Positions 42,701-51,849 of a stretch of 64,000 nt of DNA are shown piece by piece. Source of the DNA: Bispira polyomma. Lineage: Eukaryota. The first letter of the stretch is position 1. Every line of letters starts with the position of its first letter. A program made the translations under genes and the position numbers. The notes beneath the pieces are model-generated. The model did no database searches. It was not told the origin of the DNA and saw only the letters and a list, made by a program, of their open reading frames with translations. Location of the stretch: assembly GCA_965649765.1 (NCBI GenBank), contig OZ287758.1, positions 56,544,001 through 56,608,000 on the forward strand, in the 5' to 3' direction.

Positions 42701-45615
42701 TATATTCGCCCCGGGATGGCAGAATGGGTAATTTAACAATAAAAAATATATACTTATGTGAATAATCGATTACAGGTCTATCATCGGTCAGACAATTAAG
42801 CAATTAATCGACCTGCAAAAGACAGACCAATTCCACTCACTAGTCCTGGTAACACACTCTGCTCCCCCCACTAGGTTATGTGTAATTACAGGTGTTACCA
42901 CTAGGTTACATGATTTCCTGGTAACACACTCTGCCGTCATTAGTTCAAAATTTCGACCCTGGCATGTATATGGGAAAGTTGGGATTAAACTTGCTGAAGG
43001 CAGGGCAAAATACCTTGACCAACTACTGTGCTGATTATTGTATGTACTCTCTGTACTGTGTTTACACTATGTACTGTGTTTACACTGTACACTCTGTACT
43101 GTGTTTCTACTCTGTACTGTGTTTACACTCTGTACTGTATGTACTGTGTTTCTACTCTATACTCTCTACTGTGTTTACACTCTGTACTGTGTTTACACTC
43201 TGTACCGTGATTACACTGTGTACTATCTGTACTGTGTTTACACTCTGTACTGTGTTTACACTCTGTACAGTGTTTACACTGTGTACTCTCTATTCTCTCC
43301 AGATCCTGTCTCTGTCCACACACCCCTATGGTTGCCGGGTGATCCAGCGTGTACTAGAACACTGTAACCTAGAACAGATCGGCCCTATCATGGATGAACT
43401 CTTCTCACAGACAGATCGCCTCGTCCTGGATCAATACGGAAACTACGTTATCCAACACGTCTTGGAGCACGGACGTCCTGAAGAGAAGACCAAGGTCGTG
43501 GCCATAGTGCGGGGCAAGATGTGCACTATGAGCCAGCACAAGTTTGCTAGGTGAGTGGCTGTGTGTGTGGTGATAGTGCGGGGCAAGATGTGCACTCTGA
43601 GCCAGCACAAGTTTGCCAGGTGAGTGGCCATACTGCAGGGCAAGATGTTTACTCTGAGCCAGCACAAGTTTGCTGGGTGAGTGGCCATACTGAGGGGCAA
43701 GATGTGCACTCTGAGCCAGCACAAGTTTGCTAGGTAAGTGGCCATAGTGCAGGGCAACATCTGTACTCTGAGCCAGCACAAGGTGTGTGGATGTGCGCCA
43801 CTGTCCTGTATCTCCCTGTATTTCACTGTATCTCCCTATTTTCCTGTTTCAGTAATGTAGTCGAGAAGTGTATTGCTCATACAGGACATCAATAGACTCA
43901 CTGTGTGACAGCCACTGCCCTGTATCTTACAATATATCTCTGTTTTTCTGTTTCAGTAATGTAGTGGAGAAGTGTATTGCTCATGCCGGACGTCAGGAGA
44001 GGGCTTTTCTGATTGAGGAAGTGTGTGCTATGAATGATGGGTAAGTAGTGACGTCCTGTATAAACACCATGTAATAACAGTGTAATGTGTTAACACAGTA
44101 GATCATTGACACTCCTATCCCAAGAACTGTGTACTTGTACAGCTAGCCCTACTCATCTATTAGCTTCACCGTCTGCCTTCTGTATAAACACCATGTAAGA
44201 ACAGTGTAATGTGTTAACACACTCTATATCATTGACACTCCTATCCCAAGAACTGTGTACTTACACAGCCAGCCCTACTCATCTATTACCTTCACTCTTG
44301 TATTCTGTATATTTTTTCACTTTCCCCCTGTGGTTTTCATCTCCTCTTGTATTTGCAGACTTTTGTTCACCATGATGAAGGATCAGTTTGCTAACTACGT
44401 GATCCAGAAGATGATTGATGTGGCAGAGCCGCCTCAGAGAAAGATGCTCCTTCACAAGGTGAGTCAGTACATGGGTCATGTGACTAGGGTTAGGGTGTCA
44501 CAGGGTGAGTCAGTACATGGGTCATGTGACTAGGGTTAGGTAAATGTATTCTAAAAGCTCCTGTAAATAGGATCAGTTTGCTAACTACGTGATCCAGAAA
44601 ATGATTGATGTGGCAGAGCCGCCTCAGAGAAAGATGCTCCTTCACAAGGTGAGTCAGTACATGGGTCATGTGACTAGGGTTAGGGTGTCACAAGTTGAGT
44701 CAGTACATGGGTCATGTGACTAGCGTTAGTGTCACAAGGTGAGTCAGTACATAGGTCATGTGACTAGGGTGTCACAAGGTGAGTCAGTACACAGGTCATG
44801 TGACTAGGGTTAGGGTGTCACAAGTTGAGTCAGTACATGGGTCATGTGACTAGGGTTAGGTAAATGTATTCTAAAAGCTCCTGTAAATATAAAGAGTGGT
44901 CCTCTTTCTGAACTGTATAATATGCTTGTAATACCTTTACATGCTTGAAATACATTTACACCATGTAATACCTCTGCATACCCGGTTTTTGATTGCAAGA
45001 TGCGAGATGGAACACCTCCTGTTTTAGACCTATATAAGATCATTGTAAGGCCGTAACATAATTCCTCTGTATCCCCTGTTTTAGATTATAATACCTTTAC
45101 ATTGTGCAATACCTTCTGTTTTAGATATTTATATGATCACTGTAATACCTTGACATCATGTAATACCCCCGGTTTTAGACATTTATAAGATCACTGTAAT
45201 ACCTCCTGTTTTAGACATTTATAAGATCACTGTAATACCTTCTGTTTTAGACATTTATAAGATCACTGTAATACCTTCTGTTTTAGACATTTATAAGATC
45301 ACTGTAATACCTCCTGTTTTAGACATTTATAAGATCACTGTCATACCTCCTGTTAGACATTTATAAGATCACTGTAATACCTTCTGTTTTAGACATTTAT
45401 AAGATCACTGTCATATCTCCTGTTTTAGACCTGTCATTGTGAGGCCTTACTGTAATATCTCTTTATATTCCCTGTTTTAGATCCGTCCTCACGTAGGAGC
45501 TCTGCGAAAGTTTACCTATGGAAAACATATCCTGGCCAAATTGGAGAAATTCTACATGAAGACCAACCAAGAGTTGGGGCCCATTGGGATGCCCCCAAAC
45601 GGAGCGTTACCATAG
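10247..45615 (+). CDS. pum: Pumilio homolog (PUF RNA-binding protein), multi-exon gene model, ~848 aa from the exon at 10247; longer isoforms may start upstream
   Basis: 17 exons with AG/GT boundaries and consistent phases. Motifs shared with Pumilio/PUM1/2: [64 protein letters not shown], 8 PUF repeats, [18 protein letters not shown]. Confidence 0.95.
10961..17310 (+). repeat. 56-bp minisatellite, ~113 copies, with a ~2-kb higher-order duplication
   Basis: Unit cagtactcccctcattaacctcccttataacactgtataacatactgtatgtgtgt. Confidence 0.98.
17318..17469 (+). CDS. pum: pum exon (TGGGVEQ...[10 protein letters not shown]), phase 0-2
   Basis: ctttcag|ACT and AG|gtaagg; QNG..D.K.R leads into RAPGSRQ as in Pumilio N-termini. 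Confidence 0.85.
18515..18782 (+). repeat. ~53-bp tandem repeat, ~5 copies
   Basis: aacagtaggatatctacagtactgtctagaacagggtaatacaaatcagaggt. Confidence 0.9.
21851..21984 (+). CDS. Candidate alternative pum exon ([45 protein letters not shown]), phase 0-2; internal ATG at 21890
   Basis: ctaat branch-like motif plus ttccag acceptor, open frame, GG|gtgggt donor in phase 2 matching exon 23290. Its 3' end seeds the downstream ~39-bp repeat. Confidence 0.5.
21960..22478 (+). repeat. G-rich ~39-40-bp tandem repeat
   Basis: ggatttacaccatacggaaggaggggtaggtatgagggg, ~13 copies. Confidence 0.95.
23290..23521 (+). CDS. pum: pum exon ([12 protein letters not shown]...NVDYLQ)
   Basis: tgtag|A and CAG|gtgagt; phase 2-0. 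Confidence 0.9.
23900..24678 (+). repeat. 24-bp minisatellite (with 30-bp variants)
   Basis: Motif cagtaaggttatcctgtgtactgagct, ~30 copies, ends ~60 nt before the 24740 acceptor. Confidence 0.95.
24740..24857 (+). CDS. pum: pum exon, polyglutamine
   Basis: ttccag|CTG, poly-[11 protein letters not shown]|gtgggt; phase 0-1. Confidence 0.85.
26094..26593. mobile_element. Tc1/mariner/pogo-like MITE (TIR CAGTAGAACCTCT...), interrupted by a ~300-bp insert
   Basis: tacagtagaacctctatt on the left and ataatagaggttttactg on the right; same TIR as the element at 37584. Confidence 0.5.
27440..28280 (+). repeat. ~58-bp tandem repeat containing the acceptor and first ~21 nt of exon 28262
   Basis: tttgtacacag|gggctctaggcaatcaggccag gttagttagtgtcctatagttaatgagtatcctata, ~13 copies. 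Confidence 0.95.
28262..28351 (+). CDS. pum: pum exon ([30 protein letters not shown])
   Basis: acag|GG and A|gtacgt; 90 nt, phase 1-1. Confidence 0.8.
31264..31500 (+). CDS. pum: pum exon ([23 protein letters not shown]...)
   Basis: ttacag|CC and G|gtaagt; conserved PQYYGV.WG.YP motif. Confidence 0.92.
31575..32108 (+). repeat. 33-bp minisatellite
   Basis: ggggaggactcacactgagatgtatgttgtgta, ~16 copies. Confidence 0.95.
32182..32322 (+). CDS. pum: pum exon (AYYDQSG...[12 protein letters not shown])
   Basis: ttgtag|GT and G|gtgagt; conserved Pumilio N-terminal motif. Confidence 0.92.
32325..33362 (+). repeat. ~50-bp tandem array starting at the 32322 donor, followed by a 15-bp array
   Basis: cagactgagaggtgtaggctgtagtgtgtacatgaggtttat; then ctaggtgtaccttca units at 33145-33362. 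Confidence 0.93.
34283..34384 (+). CDS. pum: pum exon ([15 protein letters not shown]...AAE)
   Basis: ctacag|GT and G|gtaggc; 102 nt, phase 1-1. Confidence 0.8.
35047..35259 (+). CDS. pum: pum exon (ERRGSL...SLTPPPSL...NLTLG)
   Basis: ttccag|GA and G|gtgagt; RRxSL and TPPPSL motifs as in PUM1/2. Confidence 0.92.
35305..36220 (+). repeat. 30-bp minisatellite resembling the 35259 exon end and donor
   Basis: tgggtctaaaggttagatcaaggtgatgta vs the exon end ggggtctatgatatacaag|gtgag. Confidence 0.92.
36369..36510 (+). CDS. pum: pum exon ([10 protein letters not shown])
   Basis: cccag|GT and AG|gtgagt; AAPGAEAK(Y/F)R motif. Confidence 0.93.
37584..37772. mobile_element. Tc1/mariner/pogo-like MITE with TA target-site duplication
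   Basis: ta|CAGTAGAACCTCTAT...ATAGAGGTTCTACTG|ta. Flanks rejoin to ggtggtatttcctaaata, the uninterrupted sequence seen at ~37372 in the adjacent 51-bp repeat. Confidence 0.85.
37973..38110 (+). CDS. pum: pum exon, PUM-HD start ([13 protein letters not shown]...[11 protein letters not shown])
   Basis: ttacag|C and AG|gtgagt; canonical R1'/R1 sequence. Not in the supplied ORF track. Confidence 0.96.
38200..39335 (+). repeat. 33-bp pyrimidine-rich minisatellite merging into the 39342 acceptor
   Basis: ttatctcccttgtcctgtgttgtaaacccatct units. Confidence 0.95.
39342..39600 (+). CDS. pum: pum exon, PUF R1-R3
   Basis: [33 protein letters not shown]. Confidence 0.97.
39638..40340 (+). repeat. Tandem copies of the 3' end and donor of exon 39342-39600
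   Basis: gtgtgatacagaaagcattagagtctatacct(a/g)cagag, ~8 copies. Confidence 0.95.
40515..41280 (+). repeat. 33/39-bp minisatellite
   Basis: gtgtttgtgatgacatcagcttacttggggtttactttg units. Confidence 0.95.
41564..41701 (+). CDS. pum: pum exon, PUF R4
   Basis: [24 protein letters not shown]; tgcag|GTG and CAG|gtatgt. Confidence 0.97.
42278..42630 (+). repeat. 30-bp minisatellite
   Basis: gtagttacaggtgttaccactaggttacat units. Confidence 0.95.
43045..43290 (+). repeat. Short-unit (~18-20-bp) repeat running into the 43303 acceptor
   Basis: ctgtactgtgtttacact units. Confidence 0.9.
43303..43550 (+). CDS. pum: pum exon, PUF R5-R7 start
   Basis: [37 protein letters not shown]. Confidence 0.97.
43572..43782 (+). 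repeat. 57-bp copies of the exon end and donor of 43303-43550
   Basis: atagtgcggggcaagatgtgcactctgagccagcacaagtttgccag|gtgagtggcc, ~4 copies. Confidence 0.95.
43957..44040 (+). CDS. pum: pum exon, PUF R7 (SNVVEKC...LIEEVC)
   Basis: tttcag|T and GG|gtaagt; 84 nt. Confidence 0.95.
44359..44458 (+). CDS. pum: pum exon, PUF R8 ([16 protein letters not shown]...LLHK)
   Basis: ttgcag|A and AAG|gtgagt. Confidence 0.96.
45010..45480 (+). repeat. ~37-bp repeat containing the terminal-exon acceptor
   Basis: cct(c/t)ctgttttag|acatttataagatcactgtaata units; the real acceptor is ccctgttttag|atc. Confidence 0.92.
45481..45615 (+). CDS. pum: pum terminal coding exon ([25 protein letters not shown]...PPNGALP*)
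   Basis: ttttag|ATC; R8' motif; TAG at 45613-45615. Confidence 0.96.
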   Translation: MRPHVGALRKFTYGKHILAKLEKFYMKTNQELGPIGMPPNGALP

Positions 45616-48600
45616 TAACCAGTAGGAGGCAGCCCCTGGTGGTTGCAGACTGATTTCTATGTAAGCCAGTATATGTGTTTAGGGGATGGACAACAAAACA
45701 GTGGACAGTTGGTCTAGGTCAGTGTGTTACCATAGTGACGGTAACAGCAGCAGCCGCCCTCACACATTTATTATTATTGTCGTTGTTATTGATTATTGAC
45801 AGGTGTGTGTTTTTGGGGAGGGGGGATTTTTTCTAATTTTTTTCTTTTGCAATAAAATCTGATGAACTTGTTTCCTGTTTGTTTTGTAGTCACTTGTTAC
45901 TTACGGTTTGGGTGTGTTCTTCTGTTTTTGCTGTTATATACATTCTATTTACATTATATTTCAATGTTTATATCTATTTTTGGAGAGATGATGATTGGTG
46001 GTGTTTACTGTATCCAATGAAATGAGTTGTATTCTTCTCCACATGATGTCCCCCCTTACTACTGTGTGTTAGGGTTAGGATTGTACTAACCTCTAACACT
46101 TACTACTGTGTGTTAGGGTTAGGATTGTACTAACCTCTAACACTTACTACTGTGTGTTAGGGTTAGGATTGTACTAACCTGACACTACTGTGTGTGTCTC
46201 TATGGACTGTGTTTGTCTACTAAGTACTCTGTTGAACTAGTTACAGTAAAAGACCCAGCGACAACCAATTTTTGCAGTGACTGCTAGTGTTAGGACTTGG
46301 TCAATAGTAGGGTTGAGGCGGGCACCAAATATGCAGCACGAATAATCGCTAGCGTCCAACCATTTTAAATCTGGGCACCTGCGAATTTAGTATGCACCAA
46401 TTTGAGGAACCAGTCTAACAAAATGGTGGCTGATATAAACAAAATCTATCAAAAAATAAAGGCAAATATTGGAAATTAGGAGGAAAGCGTAAGTTGGGTG
46501 CAAGAATTAAACCAAAGTTTTTGTTTTGATGAAGAAGAATTAGGATAATAGGTGATAATGTAAGATTTTTAGTACAAAAGGTATACGTTTTTAAGTCCCC
46601 GAATGGCTAGTTTCAGTTCGGTGGCGAAATAAATTTGCCCCAAATTCGAGTAACCAGGCGCCCTGTCTCGCCCCTTGTCAATACTTTTGACCACAAAGAT
46701 ATCCGACCAATCATAGACTCAGAATCGATTTTTTAACTGCAAGGGTTTTTTTTTTTTTATACACAACGATGTAATTTAGTAGTATTCACTAAATATTGCA
46801 GTAAATTGTAAACAATGGAAGCATTAAATGTCATCAGATAATAAAGGATTTTGTAAATGGATCAAAATTTTCTTTACCAGTTTGATTTTATGTAATCCTG
46901 GTCAAAAGTTTACTGGTTTTGGTGAATTTGTAAACATTACGGGAGTTATTGTGACTGTTCTAGAACAAAACCTGTAGTAAATGTTGCGATAAAATATAAA
47001 AATTGTAGGCAACGACTTTTGCGTTGAATTCCCACAAGTCATTAAATATGGATAAACATTTGGAACAGTTGATTTTCCAGCACGTTTACAGCTTGGACTG
47101 TTTAAATCCTTACACGGAGGAATGCTCACACAAACTGATTACTGCTACTGGTTCCTGCCCAGATGCCTAAAAAGAAGGCTGCTGTAGTTAGAAGTGTTCA
47201 CTTCGCTATCACTGACCTCTCACCAATGTGGGTTTCAAATCCTATTAGTTCCTTCAAGTTTGTCGGTTACTTCCACGGTTTATCATGATACAATCTAAGC
47301 TGTTAAAAGTGATGTAAAAGCCTACTATTCCTTAAATTACTAGCAATTGTAAAGAAGGTGTCTCTATATAGAATGTGTGTCCTCACTAAATGGCCACTTT
47401 GTATGTGTTTTTACTTGTATCCTACTATACATCTATTTTGTGTTTGTGCTGGTTTGGTTGCTAAGACAACCCCCTTTGTTTGTGTTGCTTTGACGCCTGG
47501 AGATGCTCCAGGCTCTGTTTTTGTAGCTGTGTATAGAAGTAGTGACTTGTATAGTGGGACCCTGGTTTGTATATAGGCTTTGTATCTATAGTAGTGATTG
47601 TATTCATTTGGCAGTATATATATTTGTTGATTCTGTACATTGAAGACTGTGTAGAAATATAACGACTTGTGTGTGAATATTTGGTACATTTGAACGTGTT
47701 TATACCTGCCAGTGATAATTAACTAAACAAAAACTATTTTAAACAGGTGTGTACAAAGCTCAACCAATCAAGGTTTTGTAGTAATTATTTATGTAAATTG
47801 TAAAAAATCACTCCCTTTGTTTTTGCATTCAAAGAACTAGATAAGTGGATATATAGTGCATGGTGTAAAGTTTATTTTAAGCTGTACAAAATTGTTTTTG
47901 ATAATGGGGGGGGTTTAAGCTGGGGTCGTTTTGTACAGAGACCTTGACCTTTAATCTCCATATGACCTTCACTCTGGGTCCAGAGGTCATGATTGTATTG
48001 AATCAGTATGTAGAGGTATGTATATTTAACCAGTGTATTAAAGATAATATGGTATGTATGGATCACCAGGAGACTAGTCTAGAGAGGTTAACCCTAGCCT
48101 TGTGTAAGGAGCTGAAGTTGTGTCGTTTGAAGACTAAAGGTCTACTGTTTTGTTACATGTTTCTTACTTGGAGTGCTTGGTGTACAGATTGTGTAGTTAG
48201 TGTACAAAGTTTACAAATTCCACACGTTTAGTGTTGTTCTTCTACCAGGTGGCTGGGGGTGATAGTTGGATGAGGGAGTTTGGGGAGTTATTGTCAGGAA
48301 ACAGCCTGCTATTATTTTCATTTTGAAAAGGGCGCTGCAATCTTAGAAATACTATGTAAGGCCTTCATGTATTGTTTGGAAACAATCAACCCGTCGAAAA
48401 TGAGGGGTGGGGCTTGTCAGATTAATATTTGCAGCAGTGCCAAGTGGGCCTGAGTAAACCAGGTCCATCCAGGTGTTCTATTAAGATCTGTGGTGTTGTA
48501 TGTGTAAACAGACAAAAGACACTGGTTTAAAGAGTACAACTTTTTACATGGTGAAAACATTTTCTTTGCCTTTTTGTTTGTTTAAGGGAGAAACATCAGT

Positions 48601-50760
48601 ATATTTTGCCAATGATGGTTCTGTTTTCTCATTCCAATCATTTGAGACAGTTCACTAATTAGTTTATACTAATACAAGCTCCCTTTACTGATACAAATAA
48701 CCTCCCTTCACCAAATCGTTGTAGGTAATATAGTTGAGTGTTGGTTTAAATGTACCTTGTATCTATGGCTGACGTGTAGAGGACTTTGCTTCCTCTGTGA
48801 CACTAGAATTCAGTGCTGTATAAAGCAGTCGACTAATTGATTTGCCTGTGGACAGGTACGTGCTGATGTAACAAACCACTGAACCTCCCGTAATAATGAC
48901 CCTCCCTGTGTAACCTTCGAAGTCTGGTAACATTGTATGTAACAAACTCCTACTCGTGTACTAGTTCTTGTAGATTTGATGTATAGCTGGTCCTTTAGGG
49001 CAGTTAGAATGAACTCTTTGTATTCTGGTCTCTTCTTTTTGCACATAAAGTGAGGACATTCTCTGCCTTTGTAACGGAGTGGCCCATTGGTTGAAGGTCC
49101 AGATGTATTTACTACTAATATGTACTGCTTTTTATACACAAAACCAAGCATTTGTACAGAGATCTCCCCAAATGCTATATGTAGATGTCCTGAATTTTTC
49201 GACATTTTTGTAGAAGATGTGTATTTGTAAATAGTTTTGTAAAAAGTACAGACCAAAACCTTGTATTAAATGACTTTGTAATATAACTTTTTTTAAATGT
49301 AAATAGTAAAACATTCCAACAAACAAAAAAGCATTTCTTATCACTGCCATGCATCCTACACAAAATAGAGTAGTCAGATGGTTGGTTTTTCTTCTCATAA
49401 TATCCAGTTAGAGTGGAGTTATCCAGAAGGATTCTTCACCCCTTTGATCCTCTATAAATAGAATATAGTGTTCTGGTGAACCGAATGCTATTGTGCTCAA
49501 TTTTTGCCTTGGCTTACAAGCCATCATATTCTTGAAGTCATTGTAATGCTAAAGCTTTACTAAGGGTCCAGTGACTTGAAACGCACTGCCCAAGCTTAAA
49601 GACTGGTGTAGAAAGTCCTTGCTAATCGTCCAATCCCTGGTTACTTGTTACATCAGCTCATTGAAATATCTACCTGTCCACAGGCAACACCTGAAAAGTG
49701 GATGCATTTGATGTTAATGAATCTATTGCAACTAATTATTATTTTAAATTGTTTTTTCTTTCCAATAATGTAAATAACGTTTACAAAATTGCATATAATA
49801 AACTAGCCCTGTAATTATAAAACCTTGTATAAGAGTTTGTAAAATTTGAACGGAAACCTGTAAATGATGAGAGTACTAGGCAATGAGAATCTAATTCCAC
49901 AATGTGCTTTATTTTCATACGTATATTTCTGAATACACGATATGCGAGTAGTTTGTTCTCACTGTACATTCGTTGTAAACGGTGCTTTGTTTTATACAAC
50001 AGTGGTTGGGAGTCCACTCTGTAGAGGACATAAACCCAGTGTCAGAAGTTTTTATATCTTTTATATGAATTTATGTACATTTTTGTGTGGTATTATTCAC
50101 CCCCAAACTATCCATTTTTAGGAGTGAATTGCATGTAAATGGAACTCATTCATGTTGTTGTATGTACTATTTCTATACATGTAGCTAGTGTACATTGGAG
50201 TCCATATTTTTACCATGTATGATTAGACTGTACAGCAGCAGTGTAGTGTGGCAGTTCTGGAAACCTAGATAATACACAAAACCTAAAAGCTTGCTGCGCC
50301 AGACAGCTGGCCTTAACTTGGAGGAAATCAGGTTAACTGCCCAGAGCAAAGCAGGTTATATACTGTCCTACTTCATGTTGTGACCAAGCTAGTCTGTATG
50401 AGCACTAGTTTTTACATTTTGACACAATACCCCATGTGTAATGAAAATAGTCCATTGAACAACATTGATGTACGTGATTGATCTTTTTAACAATGAATTT
50501 AAACTTGGTAGTTTTAAATGAATAGTAATACGGGCATATGTTTCCTTGTTGCAGTTATTTATCATTAGATTTTGTGTGGTACCTTAATATTTGAATGACT
50601 TTGTGTATTGTAGTTGTACACACTTTGTTTTGGCTTTTTTTGATTGTACATTGGTGTAAAAAGGATCTTTAGCTTGATGAATTGTGTATTGAGGACTTCT
50701 TTGGTAAGTGCTACTTGTGTGTTGCAAGTAAAAATAAATTTCTGCAGTAATTTCTCCCTT
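45616..50760 (+). promoter_or_regulatory. Probable long pum 3' UTR with Pumilio response elements and poly(A) signals
   Basis: U-rich; TGTAHATA at 47568, 49226, 49298, 49769; AATAAA at ~45851 and ~50733. The 3' end is inferred. Confidence 0.55.
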
Positions 50761-51849
50761 CTTTCATGTGTATGTCATTGGCATACATTATTCTTCCTAA
50801 TATTTCACACATATGTTCAGGAAAAAGCCTCAAACATATCTCTTTTAAACTTGCCTACCCCCTGAATTTCCCTCCTTGCAAACCCCCGCATCCTTCCTTA
50901 CGACATTGGCTATGTTTTTGGACTTATCTATTGGTTAACAGATTCTGTTGTTGTTCTTTAGAAGATGCCTTGCATCAATAAGGTGCGTTAAAAATCCATA
51001 ATATAATGCAATATTTGTAATAGATTTGAATAGTTTTGACAACGTCAGTAGTGTGGGAGGTATAACAATATGTAATTGGAGAAGTATTTGGTTTTAATGA
51101 ATTGTCATACATGGATGTTGGTTTTTGTCTCTTGAGGCAGATAAAGAATGTAAACCAACTTGCTACACAGTTGGCCAGTAATAACTTGGTACACTTAGAT
51201 ATTGAGTGTGAGATTAGCCAGAAATATGATTCTTCTCCAGCATTCTTTTCTACAAGTATATATCTTAGAAAAAGAATAGCTGAAACTGCTTTTTTAATAC
51301 TAAGAATTAACTCTTTAATAACTGTTGTCTCTGAGCCGTGGACGACTTTTCAGAATCCAAACGACAGTGATGCACTCCAAAAATTGTGGACATAAAGTTT
51401 TAACGATTCAATGTATGGAAATCAAACGTCTTACAATTTGGATGAGTGCTTGATCACCATTGGCATTTAAGTAAGCTATTGATCCCGACCAACAGACCTG
51501 GCAATTAAACTTCCAAATCCCCAACACATGACTGTCAACAGACTTCTTGATCTCTATTAAAGAATAGGTAGACTACAAAAATAGTTTACTGAAACTTTCA
51601 AATCTTTGAAAGCAACATTATAATCTCATAGCAAAAGTGTAAGTTGGAACGCACCTGGCGTCGAGACATGTCCAGAATAATCTGGAGCAGGTACCGCACT
51701 GCGGTTCATAGCTATAATCATGCTTGAACATTCCAAAAATAGCTACTACACTAACCTTGTTAATGATAAACCGCGATACCCTAAAAGCCTTGTGGAACTC
51801 GTTCATAAAATTACTCCACAAATCCTCTACAATTCCACTACCCGACTGC

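Noticed and set aside
10961-43290. TGTA-rich repeats as a designed Pumilio sponge
   Set aside because: Most units contain only the UGUA core, not the full UGUAHAUA; they are intronic, and TG-richness is general across this window.
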